A stretch of 32,000 bases of DNA from Bifidobacterium longum subsp. longum JCM 1217 (GTDB lineage Bacteria > Actinomycetota > Actinomycetes > Actinomycetales > Bifidobacteriaceae): NCBI RefSeq assembly GCF_000196555.1, contig NC_015067.1:450001-482000 (forward strand), in the 5' to 3' direction. Both the position numbers and the translations under genes were made by a program. Each line of letters begins with the position of its first letter. Positions within the stretch are counted from its first letter, which is position 1. The notes under the pieces are model-generated. The model was given only the letters and a program-made list of their open reading frames with translations, ran no database searches and had not been told where the DNA came from. Below are positions 16,238 through 25,905 of the stretch, piece after piece.

Positions 16238-17446
16238 ATGAGGATCGCGTTCATCGGCCACAAACGCATTCCGTCTCGCGAAGGTGGCATCGAGATTGTT
16301 GTGGACGAACTGGCTACACGTATGGCTGCACGCGGAGAACAGGTCATAGCGTTTAACCGCAAAGGCCATAATGTTGCCGGTGCGGTGTTCGATAATGCGT
16401 CGAATCAGAATAGCAAGCCGTTCATGTATCGCGGAGTGAAGGTAATACCTGTCACCACTATCGATGCAAAAGGTCTGGCCGCGCTCACCTCGTCATTCTT
16501 TGCCACAGTAAAGGCTATTATGGCCCGCCCTGATGTGATTCATTACCACGCGGAAGGGCCGTGCGTGCCGTTGCGTTTTGCGCACTGGTTCGGTATTCGT
16601 ACAGTGGCCACGATTCATGGTCTAGATTGGCAGCGCGCCAAATGGGGTAAATTCGCCTCTACGTATCTGAAATTAGGGGAGCGTACCGCCGCTACCTGTG
16701 CCGATGAAGTGATTGTGCTGAGCCGCAACGTGCAGCGCTATTTCAAAGACACCTATGGGCGTGATGTGCGATTCATTCCCAATGGCATTGAACGCAATGA
16801 GTCTGTTCCAGCCAATGAGATTACTCGGAAATATGGTTTGGTGAAAGACGGGTATGTGCTGTTTCTAGGCCGTATCGTGCCGGAAAAAGGCGTGCATTAT
16901 CTTATCGAGGCATTCAAGCAATTGGATACTGATAAGAAGCTGGTCATCGCCGGCGGATCTTCCGATTCCGCTGAATACTATGAACAGATTCAATCTGCTG
17001 CGGCTACCGATCCTCGCATCGTGTTGACTGGTTTTATCGAGGGTCAGGAACTTGCGGAGTTGTACAGCAATGCTTATATCTATGTGTTGCCTAGTGATCT
17101 CGAAGGCATGCCTATGAGTCTGCTGGAAGCCATGAGCTATGGCAATTGTTGCCTTACTTCCGACATCCCCGAATGCGCCGAGGTAGTAGAAGACCACGCC
17201 GTTACCTTCCGCAAGGGTGATGTTGCAGATCTCACTGCCAAACTGAGCAACTTGCTCACTGACCCTTCCCGCGTGGCGCAGCTACAAGCGACCGCCGCCA
17301 ACTACATCACTCAAAAATACAATTGGGACAAAGTAGTGGACCAAACCTTGGCGTTGTACCAAGGAAAAGACCCCTCTGACGAGGGGGCTCCCGGCGGAGC
17401 CGGGTGGGGGAGAGCCCACCACGACCATCAGGAGGCTTCCCAATGA
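16238..17446 (+). CDS. Glycosyltransferase family 4 (GT-B, retaining)
   Basis: The EX7E region reads PSDLEGMPMSLLEAMSYGNCCLTSD, with GRIVPEKG typical of GT4. The stop overlaps the next start (ATGA at 17443-17446). Confidence 0.85.
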   Translation: MRIAFIGHKRIPSREGGIEIVVDELATRMAARGEQVIAFNRKGHNVAGAVFDNASNQNSKPFMYRGVKVIPVTTIDAKGLAALTSSFFATVKAIMARPDVIHYHAEGPCVPLRFAHWFGIRTVATIHGLDWQRAKWGKFASTYLKLGERTAATCADEVIVLSRNVQRYFKDTYGRDVRFIPNGIERNESVPANEITRKYGLVKDGYVLFLGRIVPEKGVHYLIEAFKQLDTDKKLVIAGGSSDSAEYYEQIQSAAATDPRIVLTGFIEGQELAELYSNAYIYVLPSDLEGMPMSLLEAMSYGNCCLTSDIPECAEVVEDHAVTFRKGDVADLTAKLSNLLTDPSRVAQLQATAANYITQKYNWDKVVDQTLALYQGKDPSDEGAPGGAGWGRAHHDHQEASQ

Positions 17447-18825
17447 AAATCCTCCTAGTCAATAAATACTTCTACCGCAAAGGCGGTGCCGAAACCTACT
17501 TTTTCGCACTCGCCGAAGGCCTGAAATCATTAGGCCACGAAGTTGCCTTCTTCTCCATGCAGCACCCGAACAACGAGCCAAGCTATTGGAGCAAGTATTT
17601 CGTATCTGAAAAAGACTACGTCGGTAAAATTTCCGCATTCCAACAGGCAAAGGAAGCGGCAACGCTGATCTATTCGTTGGAATCCAAGCGCAAGTTTGAG
17701 GCGCTGCTGGAGGAGTTCCAGCCGGATGTGATCCACATGAACAACGTGCACCGTCAGCTGACACTGTCGATTCTGGATGCGCCGTACCTGAAGAAGCATC
17801 GTGTGCCAGTGGTGTACACCGCACATGACTACATTCTGCTGTGCCCTGCATACACCATGGTGGACGGCAACGGCAAGGTGTGCGACGACTGCCTTGATCG
17901 ACGTTTCATCCATGCTGTGAAGAAGACTTGCGTGAAGGGTTCCAAAGCCAAAAGCGGACTCGCGTTCCTGGAGGCGGAGTTCCTGAAACACCATCACAGC
18001 TACGACAAGATCGACAAGATCATCGCGCCGAGCGAGTTCATGAAGAGCAAGCTCGACGAGGGCGGCTATGCGGGCCGTACCGTGGCCATGCAGAACTTCC
18101 TGACCACCAGCCAGATGGATATGGCTCATAAAGTAACGAATACGGACAAATTCAACACCGTGGACCCGTATTTTCTGTTCTTCGGTCGTCTCTCCAAGGA
18201 AAAGGGCATCCTTACCTTGGTCAAGGCTTTCCTTCAGGCCGCAGGTCTGCTCCCGCTGGCGGGAGCTGTCGAGCAAAGCGAGACTGAGGGTGGTCACCTT
18301 GTAGCTAACTGTCTCCCCTCCAATTGGACCCTCCACATCGTCGGCGACGGCCCAGAACGCCAAACCATCGAAATGCTCATCAAATCTGCCGGCTCCGAAG
18401 CCGAAAATCGCATTAAACTCCTCGGCTACAAAACCGGCGAAAATCTCCAGCGCGAAGTCGGCAACGCCCGCTTCTCTGTTCTATGCTCCGAATGGCGTGA
18501 GAACATGCCGTACTCCGGCTTGGAATCCTTGGCAGCGCAGACCCCGGTGATCGGCGCGAACATCGGAGGCATCCCCGAACTCGTGGTGGAAGGCGAAACT
18601 GGCTTCAAATTCGAAAGCGGGAACCAGGACGATCTGGCCCGGACATTGACCAAGGCGGCACAGGTGGACGCCGGACGCTACGCCTCCATGCAGGAGTCCT
18701 GCGGCCGCTATGTCGAGGAACGGTGCCGACAGGATATGTATGTGCGGCAGCTGGAGGATGTCTACCGAGGCACTCGCAATGCCGACGGCATGTCCGTGGT
18801 TTCCGGCGTTGCCGGGAATAGGTAA
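17443..18825 (+). CDS. Glycosyltransferase family 4 (GT-B)
   Basis: MKILLVNKYFYRKGGAETY, FGRLSKEKG and SEWRENMPYSGLESLAAQTPVIGANIGGIPELV are GT4 hallmarks. GGAGG at 17431-17435 precedes ATG-17443, and the ORF-track start at 17404 lies inside the previous gene. Confidence 0.85.
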   Translation: MKILLVNKYFYRKGGAETYFFALAEGLKSLGHEVAFFSMQHPNNEPSYWSKYFVSEKDYVGKISAFQQAKEAATLIYSLESKRKFEALLEEFQPDVIHMNNVHRQLTLSILDAPYLKKHRVPVVYTAHDYILLCPAYTMVDGNGKVCDDCLDRRFIHAVKKTCVKGSKAKSGLAFLEAEFLKHHHSYDKIDKIIAPSEFMKSKLDEGGYAGRTVAMQNFLTTSQMDMAHKVTNTDKFNTVDPYFLFFGRLSKEKGILTLVKAFLQAAGLLPLAGAVEQSETEGGHLVANCLPSNWTLHIVGDGPERQTIEMLIKSAGSEAENRIKLLGYKTGENLQREVGNARFSVLCSEWRENMPYSGLESLAAQTPVIGANIGGIPELVVEGETGFKFESGNQDDLARTLTKAAQVDAGRYASMQESCGRYVEERCRQDMYVRQLEDVYRGTRNADGMSVVSGVAGNR

Positions 18826-18877
18826 GTTGACACGGGCCGTCTGATAGACGCGTGGAAGCAGAGGAGAGCAAGAAAAT

Positions 18878-19891
18878 ATGGTCGCAGGTCATTCAAGTAT
18901 CAAACGAATCGTCCATCGTATCGGTGAGGAGTGCCGTTCCACGGCGGAGATCGCCCGGCTGACGTCATGGCCGGAGGCGTTGGAGACCTTCATGGCGAAG
19001 GTGGACATCCAGATGATGAATCGCAACGGATTCAAAGAACCGCCGGCGGTGCGCAACCGTCTGGTACACAAGCATGAGATTCTCATGAAGTACTTCGAGC
19101 AGCGTTATGGCCGCTTCGCCGATGAGTATGACTTCCATGCCCCCATGCAGGCGAGCGACCCCGCTCTTGAAGGCAAGATCTGGACGTGCTGGTGGCAGGG
19201 CCTCGATCAGGCTCCCGAAATCGTCAAATGGTGCGTGGAATCCATCAAGCGGAACGCCGGTGGCCGCGAGGTCATCATCATCACCGATGAGAACTACGAA
19301 CGCTACGTGCACATCCCCCAGTGGGTGAAGGAGAAGCAGAAGGCCGGCATCATCACGCGGACCCATCTTTCGGATCTGCTTCGTTTCATGCTGCTGTCGC
19401 AATACGGTGGGCTGTGGCTGGATTCCACGTTCTTCTGCACCGGTTCCTTGGAGGATGTCGCGTTTGCTTCTTCCCTGTGGTCGATCAAGCGGCCGGATTA
19501 TTTCCATGCCTCTGTGGCTCAGGGCTATTTCGCGAACTACTCTTTTGCGTGCCATTCCGATAAACGTTGGGTATTCGCCGCTATTCGTGATTTTGTTCTG
19601 GAATACTGGCGTACCAATGATTCCATGGTGGATTATCTGTTCGTCGATTACCTGATTACATTGGCGATACGGCATGATACGGCAATGAAGGAAGCATTCG
19701 CGGCGATTCCTTCCAATAACCCCAATTGCGATGAATTGTTCAAAGTATTGGGCAAGCCATATGACGAACGACTCTGGGGAAAGATAGGTAAGGAGACCTC
19801 CTTGTTCAAGCTTACATGGAAACAAGTTTTTCCTGTCGAGCATGATGGTGAAAAAACATTTTATGGAATGTTGAAAGGCATAGGAGATTAA
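18878..19891 (+). CDS. Capsular polysaccharide synthesis protein (Caps_synth / GT32-like glycosyltransferase)
   Basis: TCWWQGLDQAPEIVKWCVESIKRN...VIIITDENYERYVHIPQW...THLSDLLRFMLLSQYGGLWLDSTFF matches the remembered Caps_synth pattern. GAGGAGAG at 18861-18868 precedes ATG-18878. An alternative start is at 18992. Confidence 0.75.
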   Translation: MVAGHSSIKRIVHRIGEECRSTAEIARLTSWPEALETFMAKVDIQMMNRNGFKEPPAVRNRLVHKHEILMKYFEQRYGRFADEYDFHAPMQASDPALEGKIWTCWWQGLDQAPEIVKWCVESIKRNAGGREVIIITDENYERYVHIPQWVKEKQKAGIITRTHLSDLLRFMLLSQYGGLWLDSTFFCTGSLEDVAFASSLWSIKRPDYFHASVAQGYFANYSFACHSDKRWVFAAIRDFVLEYWRTNDSMVDYLFVDYLITLAIRHDTAMKEAFAAIPSNNPNCDELFKVLGKPYDERLWGKIGKETSLFKLTWKQVFPVEHDGEKTFYGMLKGIGD

Positions 19892-19895
19892 TAAT

Positions 19896-20906
19896 ATGCC
19901 TATCCTTTCAGTTGTCATACCCTGTTATAATGCCTCGTCGACAATCGAAGAATGTGTTCTGTCGGTCATGGATCAATCGTTAACTGATTTGGAAATAATT
20001 GTGGTTGATGATGGATCTACGGACGATTCTTTAGCTATTTGTCGCAGGTTAGCCGAGGAAGATGAACGGATTTCCGTTTATACAAAAAAGAATGCCGGTC
20101 AAGGCATTGCTCGGAATTTTGGCATGTCGCATGCAACAGGGGAATACATAGCTTTTGTTGATGCTGATGATACATGTAATGTTGAGATGTACAGGGCGTT
20201 GATTGATTCAGCTAAAGAATTCGACGCAGATCTTGTTTTCTCGGGATATAGAGACATTAAAGACGGGAAAGTGGTAGAAGAGCATCCAAACAATAGAGAA
20301 GTACTCCAAGACGATGCTGCTATTCGACAACACATGGCCGATCTTATAGCTTCTTCTGCAGGGAATGTTGGTTCGTGCTGTGTTGCGGTCTGGGATGGCA
20401 TATTTAGGTTATCCATGCTAAGAAAATATGGCATAGAATTCCCTTCAGAAAGGACTGTTTATTCCGAAGATCTTGTATTCAAGCTAAGAGCACTTGCATT
20501 GTCCAATACGGTATCTTTCCTTCCGGATAGTTATTATGAATACCATATAAGCGAATCTTCGTATTCAAGATGTATTGATGTACATGTTATTGACAAGCTT
20601 ATTTCGATGTATAAAATAATTGAGTGTGAATTTTCGGAAACACTGGATGAGTTCTGTTTCTCATCAAGAAACGCAGCGAGGCTGTTTGCCTCGCTCCGTT
20701 TTGCTTTGCGTAGCGCACCGTTGGATAATGGACGTTTGTCGTTTTTCAGAGCAGTTGTCTCAAATCAGGATTTACGAGTTTGTTTAGCGTTATTTAAGCC
20801 GAATTCTGCCTTGGATAAGCTTATATATAGAACGTTTTTGAAGGAAGAATACATCATTCTTTCTCTCCTATTTTTATGTTTCCAGCTGAAAGGGTATCTG
20901 AAATGA
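19896..20906 (+). CDS. Glycosyltransferase family 2 (GT-A)
   Basis: The sequence reads LSVVIPCYNASSTIEECVLSVMDQSLTDLEIIVVDDGSTDDS, with a DxD motif (FVDADDT). The gene is low-GC. Confidence 0.9.
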   Translation: MPILSVVIPCYNASSTIEECVLSVMDQSLTDLEIIVVDDGSTDDSLAICRRLAEEDERISVYTKKNAGQGIARNFGMSHATGEYIAFVDADDTCNVEMYRALIDSAKEFDADLVFSGYRDIKDGKVVEEHPNNREVLQDDAAIRQHMADLIASSAGNVGSCCVAVWDGIFRLSMLRKYGIEFPSERTVYSEDLVFKLRALALSNTVSFLPDSYYEYHISESSYSRCIDVHVIDKLISMYKIIECEFSETLDEFCFSSRNAARLFASLRFALRSAPLDNGRLSFFRAVVSNQDLRVCLALFKPNSALDKLIYRTFLKEEYIILSLLFLCFQLKGYLK

Positions 20907-22000
20907 AAATTGGTGTCATCACGTTTCACCGTGCCATCAACTACGGTGCTGCACTGCAGACTTACGCACTGCAGAGGGCCATATCTGACCTCGGTTTTGA
21001 TACCGAGGTAATTGATTACCGGTGTGAACATATGGAAAATCTGTATAAACTGATTGGTGGTTTCAAGCAGAAGACATTTAAGCAGAATATCAGAGGGTTT
21101 ATTAATCTTATTCCATCTTGGAAGAAGATGAATAGTTTCCGCTCTATGATTGCTGGGAATACTAAATTAAGTCCTGTTGCGTATGATTCAAAGTCAATCG
21201 CCACAGCAAATCAACGCTATGATGTATTCATCACCGGAAGTGATCAAGTTTTTAACTATGCTTGTTCAGATTTTGATAAGAATTATTATCTTTCGTTTGT
21301 AGAAGATACTAGGAAAATAAATTCTTATGCAGCATCTTTTGGGATTAGTGAAATTCCTCAAGAGTACCAGAGTGAGTACACGAGGTTGCTTAATAGATTT
21401 AATCATCTCTCAGTCCGAGAAGAATCCGGACGCCGTATCGTTCGTGAATTGACGGGAAGAGATTGCGCATTACATGTCGATCCGGTTTTCCTTTTAAATG
21501 CCGCTGAATGGTCGAAACTCGCGAAAGATCCTGGTATTGATAATTACATTCTTATTTATCGTTTGAATAAGTCAAATATTATTGATGATTTTGCTAGAAA
21601 ACTTGCAAAAAAAACAGGAAAAAGGGTCATTAATATTGGTCAGGACTTGATTGACAAAGTCAAGAATCCAGATTTTGAAGGTAATCTTAGCACTTCCGTT
21701 GAAGAATTCCTTGGTCTATTCAAGCATGCCGATTATGTTGTGACTAATTCTTTCCATGGTACGGCTTTTTCTGTAATCTTTAATCGTAAGCTATATGTAG
21801 AGACAAAACAGAAAGATTTCAAGAAGAACGATAGAGCAGAGAATTTACTTAAACTAACTGGTCTCACAGACTCGATTATCGAGACTTTGGATGATTGTAA
21901 TCTTGATATTGTTCGTGATTTTGAGCATGCTCAATCTGTACTTTCTAGCGAGAGAGAGTCTGCCTTAGATTATCTCCGGGGAATTTGTTCCAATGAATAG
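20903..22000 (+). CDS. Polysaccharide pyruvyl transferase family protein
   Basis: The N-terminal MKIGVITFHRAINYGAALQTYALQRAI and C-terminal VVTNSFHGTAFSVIFNRKLY resemble the PS_pyruv_trans (CsaB/WcaK-like) family. ATG-20903 overlaps the previous stop as ATGA. Confidence 0.75.
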   Translation: MKIGVITFHRAINYGAALQTYALQRAISDLGFDTEVIDYRCEHMENLYKLIGGFKQKTFKQNIRGFINLIPSWKKMNSFRSMIAGNTKLSPVAYDSKSIATANQRYDVFITGSDQVFNYACSDFDKNYYLSFVEDTRKINSYAASFGISEIPQEYQSEYTRLLNRFNHLSVREESGRRIVRELTGRDCALHVDPVFLLNAAEWSKLAKDPGIDNYILIYRLNKSNIIDDFARKLAKKTGKRVINIGQDLIDKVKNPDFEGNLSTSVEEFLGLFKHADYVVTNSFHGTAFSVIFNRKLYVETKQKDFKKNDRAENLLKLTGLTDSIIETLDDCNLDIVRDFEHAQSVLSSERESALDYLRGICSNE

Positions 22001-23279
22001 TCTGATATATAAGTTAAGAATCTGGCTGAGAACAACTCCAATTGAAGATTATTTCATTCCATGCATATTGCTTATATTAGTTTTTTCTACTGATAATAAG
22101 CTAATATTCATCACGAGACAGTTAGCCATTGTGCTTACGGCTGCTATTTTCTGTTTCGCATTGATGTCGAAAAGGAAGTCAGGTTTATCCTCTGTCGTAG
22201 AGAAAGTCTACGTAGCTTTTTTCTTGCTTATCTGCATAAGCTTTCTCTACACAGGTGATCGCTTAACTTATAGTAAGTATTTTCCTTACGTCCTTGCCAT
22301 CTTTTCTATGACGCTTTTTGAATTCGATAGTAAATTTTTTAGTTGTCTCATCAGGCAGTTTGAATTTCTGTTCTGGATATTTATCTTTTCGATGTATCTA
22401 GAGTTATTGGCTCCCAATCTATTTTCTTTATTCTTCGGTTTTCTTGATCATGGAAGTAGCCGATCTGCAGTTATGGTTAACACTGGTGGCGCTATTTCGG
22501 GATTAGCTTATGAAAAAGGTTATGCAGCGTTCCTATGCAACATGGGATTAGGCGTGCTATTTGCAAAGTTTTTCGTCAGAGGATTTACCTTAGCTAGATT
22601 GTTCCAAATCATTGGTGTCTTTGCTGCTTTAATGATGACAGGTAAAAGGACTTTGTTTCTTATTCCAGTGATGGGACTTATCGTATTTGCGTTGTTCTTC
22701 TCCAAGAAGCATAAGATTTCAATTGCTCTTGGTCTATCCTTTGTGCTCGTTGTGTCATTAACAATAGCTGATTCGCTTATTCCTCAAGTGTCTCTTGTAT
22801 TCGACAGATTGTTTGCAGATAACGGCGATCCCTTGAGCGGTAGACAGGTTTTTTGGACATATGCCATGCAGATGTTTGAGGCATCTCCGCTTATCGGCAG
22901 AGGCTTTCTTTCATTTAATGCGTATATAAATGCTCAAGGTTTCCGTTATTATGGGTTGCTTTGGAGCTATCAAGCCCATAACGTTTATTTACAGCTTCTT
23001 GCTGAGCTTGGTATTGCTGGTTTTTTGCTATTCGTTGCCTTGCTTGCCACGCTTACCTTTGGTCTAGTTCGTAGTTTTTTGAGTTGGAAAGACAGCCAAG
23101 GCTTGGAACCTGTTATTCTTCTTACTGCAGTATACTGGATTATTCTCATAGCCGTGTATAGCTTGACCGGCAATACAATCTACTATTCGTGTCAACTTGT
23201 GGTGCTCGGTATTTGTATAGCTATATATCAGACTTTCAAATTTAAGAAAGCGTTGCAGAAAAATGGAACCACTTGTTAG
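21993..23279 (+). CDS. wzy: O-antigen/EPS repeat-unit polymerase (Wzy, O-antigen ligase-like family)
   Basis: The protein has ~10-12 TM segments. A Wzy_C-like loop (GRQVFWTYAMQMFEASPLIGRGF...YQAHNVYLQLLAELGIAGFLLF) is present. GC is very low (33% counted in 22021-22080). Confidence 0.75.
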   Translation: MNSLIYKLRIWLRTTPIEDYFIPCILLILVFSTDNKLIFITRQLAIVLTAAIFCFALMSKRKSGLSSVVEKVYVAFFLLICISFLYTGDRLTYSKYFPYVLAIFSMTLFEFDSKFFSCLIRQFEFLFWIFIFSMYLELLAPNLFSLFFGFLDHGSSRSAVMVNTGGAISGLAYEKGYAAFLCNMGLGVLFAKFFVRGFTLARLFQIIGVFAALMMTGKRTLFLIPVMGLIVFALFFSKKHKISIALGLSFVLVVSLTIADSLIPQVSLVFDRLFADNGDPLSGRQVFWTYAMQMFEASPLIGRGFLSFNAYINAQGFRYYGLLWSYQAHNVYLQLLAELGIAGFLLFVALLATLTFGLVRSFLSWKDSQGLEPVILLTAVYWIILIAVYSLTGNTIYYSCQLVVLGICIAIYQTFKFKKALQKNGTTC

Positions 23280-24201
23280 TATTATTACTCCGGCTTTTAA
23301 CGCCTCTAAGTATCTTGTTTCTTTCTTCGAATCTGTGTTAGACCAGGAATATTCCAACTATGAACTAATTTTCATAAATGATGGTTCAACTGATGATACA
23401 GAGGAAATTGCACTACAATACAAGAAGATTTTTGAAGAAAAAGGTCATCGATTCGTTTATCTTGTAAAAGAGAATGGCGGACAGGCTGCTGCCCTTAATA
23501 CCGGTTTCCCATACATGAAGGGAAAGTACTTTATCTGGCCTGACTCTGATGATACTCTATGCTCCGATAATCTGTCAGTCAAAGTTGACTTCATGGAAAA
23601 AAATCCGAGTATCGATCTTGGTATCGCGTGGGCGATACATGTGGATGAGAGTGGCAATGATTTAGGTGTTCTAAAAAGAATACCTGCGGAAAATGATAAT
23701 CTATTCCGTGATTTACTTGTCAGTAATAATGTGCAGTTCTGTCCAGGTATATATATTATTAGAACTTCCACTTTCAAAAAGTGTTACCCTGAGCTGCATA
23801 TTGATGAGAGTCGAGCCGGGCAAAATTATCAGCTTCTTCTTCCTATGGCGTATAAGTATCGTTACGGTTATATTAATAGAGTTTTGTATACATATATCTT
23901 GCATCCTGCCAGTCACTCAAATTTCAAGCCGCATGATGAGCAAGCCCAGATGGAACGTTTTGAGAGACAAGAGCATCTTTTGCTGAGGCTCGTAGAACAT
24001 ATATGTGTCCAAGATGATAAGGTTGAGATGATTGCTCTGGTCAGGAGACATTTTCAAGGCATTTATCTGAGGATTGCCAATGAACATATTGACAGAAGAA
24101 AAGCTGCAGCCTCCATGTATTCGTTATGTCGCATGCATCAGGTGAATTGTAAGGATATCATCTACGCATTCGCAACTTTTGCTGGAATCAAGCTTAAATG
24201 A
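23263..24201 (+). CDS. Glycosyltransferase family 2 (GT-A)
   Basis: The sequence reads VSIITPAFNASKYLVSFFESVLDQEYSNYELIFINDGSTDDT, with a DxD-like motif (PDSDDT). The start overlaps the wzy 3' end by 17 nt. Confidence 0.9.
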   Translation: MEPLVSIITPAFNASKYLVSFFESVLDQEYSNYELIFINDGSTDDTEEIALQYKKIFEEKGHRFVYLVKENGGQAAALNTGFPYMKGKYFIWPDSDDTLCSDNLSVKVDFMEKNPSIDLGIAWAIHVDESGNDLGVLKRIPAENDNLFRDLLVSNNVQFCPGIYIIRTSTFKKCYPELHIDESRAGQNYQLLLPMAYKYRYGYINRVLYTYILHPASHSNFKPHDEQAQMERFERQEHLLLRLVEHICVQDDKVEMIALVRRHFQGIYLRIANEHIDRRKAAASMYSLCRMHQVNCKDIIYAFATFAGIKLK

Positions 24202-24204
24202 GGG

Positions 24205-25728
24205 GTGAGCATCTTGGGAAGGACAAGCAAATTCGTTCTCAATGCGATATCAACTGCGCTTCTTCAGATAGTAACTATGGTAGCAGGGTTTATTACACCC
24301 CGTTTTCTTTTAGTCGCTTATGGGTCAGATATTAATGGTCTTATCTCATCCATCAATCAGTTCATTGTTTACTTTAATCTTGTAGAGGCTGGGTTGTCAA
24401 GTGCCGCTGTTTATTCATTATATAAACCAATAGCTGAGCATAATTATAACCAAATCAATCGTGTTGTAGTTGCTGCGCGAAATTTTTATGTTAAGTCTGG
24501 CTTCATCTTTGTCGGTCTTGTTTTTCTGCTTGCATTTGTATATCCTTGGATAACGCATACAGAGGTACTGGATAAGGGAACTGTTTTTTGTCTAGTCCTT
24601 GTACTTGGCGTAAATGGTGCTCTTGAATTTTTCACTCTGGCAAAATATAGAGCTTTATTGACAGCGGATCAAAAAACTTATGTGATCTCCACGGCATCAA
24701 TCGTTTATACAATCCTTAATACTCTCATTGTCGTTATTCTATCGACTTTGAGAGTTGACATATTACTCCTTCGGATCGTCGCCCTTATTTCCATATTTGC
24801 TAGAAGTCTGATCTTATATATTTATATAAAGATACACTATAAGTTTATTGATTATAAAGTAGCACCAGATAATTCTGCCATGGATAAGCGTTGGAGTGCG
24901 TTGTACCTGCAGGTTGTGCAGACTGTACAAAATGCTTCTCCCGCTGTATTGACTACGTTATTCTCTACACTTAAGATGGTCAGTGTTTATTCCGTCTATA
25001 ATATGGTGCTCGCTGGAATCAATGGTGTAATGTCGGTGTTTTCTACTGGAGTATCTGCTGGGTTCGGAGAGCTCCTAGTAAAGAAAGACATGAAAGCGTT
25101 CAGCAAAGCATATAAAGACTTTGAATACCTATATTATATGGCGATGAGCATAGTATACGGTGTTACGATGGCAACGATTCTTCCATTCATTCAGGTGTAT
25201 ACAAAAGGTGTTAATGATGTTCAGTACGTGAATATTGTTTTTGCCGTATTGTTTGTCCTCAATGGGGTTTTTTATAATCTAAAGACACCTCAAGGAATGC
25301 TAGTGATTGCAGCTGGTCTCTACAAGGAGACGCGGATTCAGAGCACCATTCAGGCGGGTATCCTGGTTGTTGGAGGTGTTGTCCTCGGCTATTCATTTGG
25401 TCTTACGGGTGTTTTGGTTGCCTCTTGCTTGTCTAATTTCTATAGATGTGTTGATTTGCTTTTCTTCATTCCGAAGAATGTTACGCATCTTCCGATTCTC
25501 CCTTCATTACGGCGAATGGTGGAGACGCTGGTGGTCATTGTCCTGATATGTGCCGCTTCATGGCTCTGCCTTCCGTTCCATCCGAACACTTTGATGACTT
25601 GGGTTGGTTATGCTTTCTGTAATCTTGTGTTGGCGGTTCTGTTGGTAATGCTGTTCCATGTTCTTTTTGAGCGATCAAATATTCATATTGTTGTTGACAG
25701 AGTTCGTTCGATTTTCAAGAGAAAATAG
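24205..25728 (+). CDS. wzx: Wzx-type repeat-unit flippase (MOP/polysaccharide biosynthesis protein superfamily)
   Basis: The protein is 507 aa with ~12-14 TM segments, and its position and size fit a Wzx flippase. The GTG start lies 3 nt after the GT2 stop. Confidence 0.7.
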   Translation: MSILGRTSKFVLNAISTALLQIVTMVAGFITPRFLLVAYGSDINGLISSINQFIVYFNLVEAGLSSAAVYSLYKPIAEHNYNQINRVVVAARNFYVKSGFIFVGLVFLLAFVYPWITHTEVLDKGTVFCLVLVLGVNGALEFFTLAKYRALLTADQKTYVISTASIVYTILNTLIVVILSTLRVDILLLRIVALISIFARSLILYIYIKIHYKFIDYKVAPDNSAMDKRWSALYLQVVQTVQNASPAVLTTLFSTLKMVSVYSVYNMVLAGINGVMSVFSTGVSAGFGELLVKKDMKAFSKAYKDFEYLYYMAMSIVYGVTMATILPFIQVYTKGVNDVQYVNIVFAVLFVLNGVFYNLKTPQGMLVIAAGLYKETRIQSTIQAGILVVGGVVLGYSFGLTGVLVASCLSNFYRCVDLLFFIPKNVTHLPILPSLRRMVETLVVIVLICAASWLCLPFHPNTLMTWVGYAFCNLVLAVLLVMLFHVLFERSNIHIVVDRVRSIFKRK

Positions 25729-25905
25729 TACATGTCTTTGTGGATCATATTCTATGAATGCATATTCCTTAATTTAAAACTGGCTCGCTTCCTTTTTTAT
25801 AGTGTGATTAACGAATGTTGGTTGAACAGCATTGTATAGGGTCCGGATTTCAATATTGCTGACAATATGGGCATATACTCTGAATTGAATAGAAAGGATG
25901 TTCTA

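Noticed and set aside
3066-19918. Other long antisense or overlapping ORFs: 3066..3872(-), 8681..9379(-), 10962..11663(-), 12123..12665(-), 13098..13892(-), 15745..16362(-), 17530..18363(-), 18965..19918(-)
   Set aside because: Each overlaps a plus- or minus-strand gene that has recognisable family motifs. None has a start context, and all show the skewed R/G/H/A composition of non-coding frames in GC-rich sequence.
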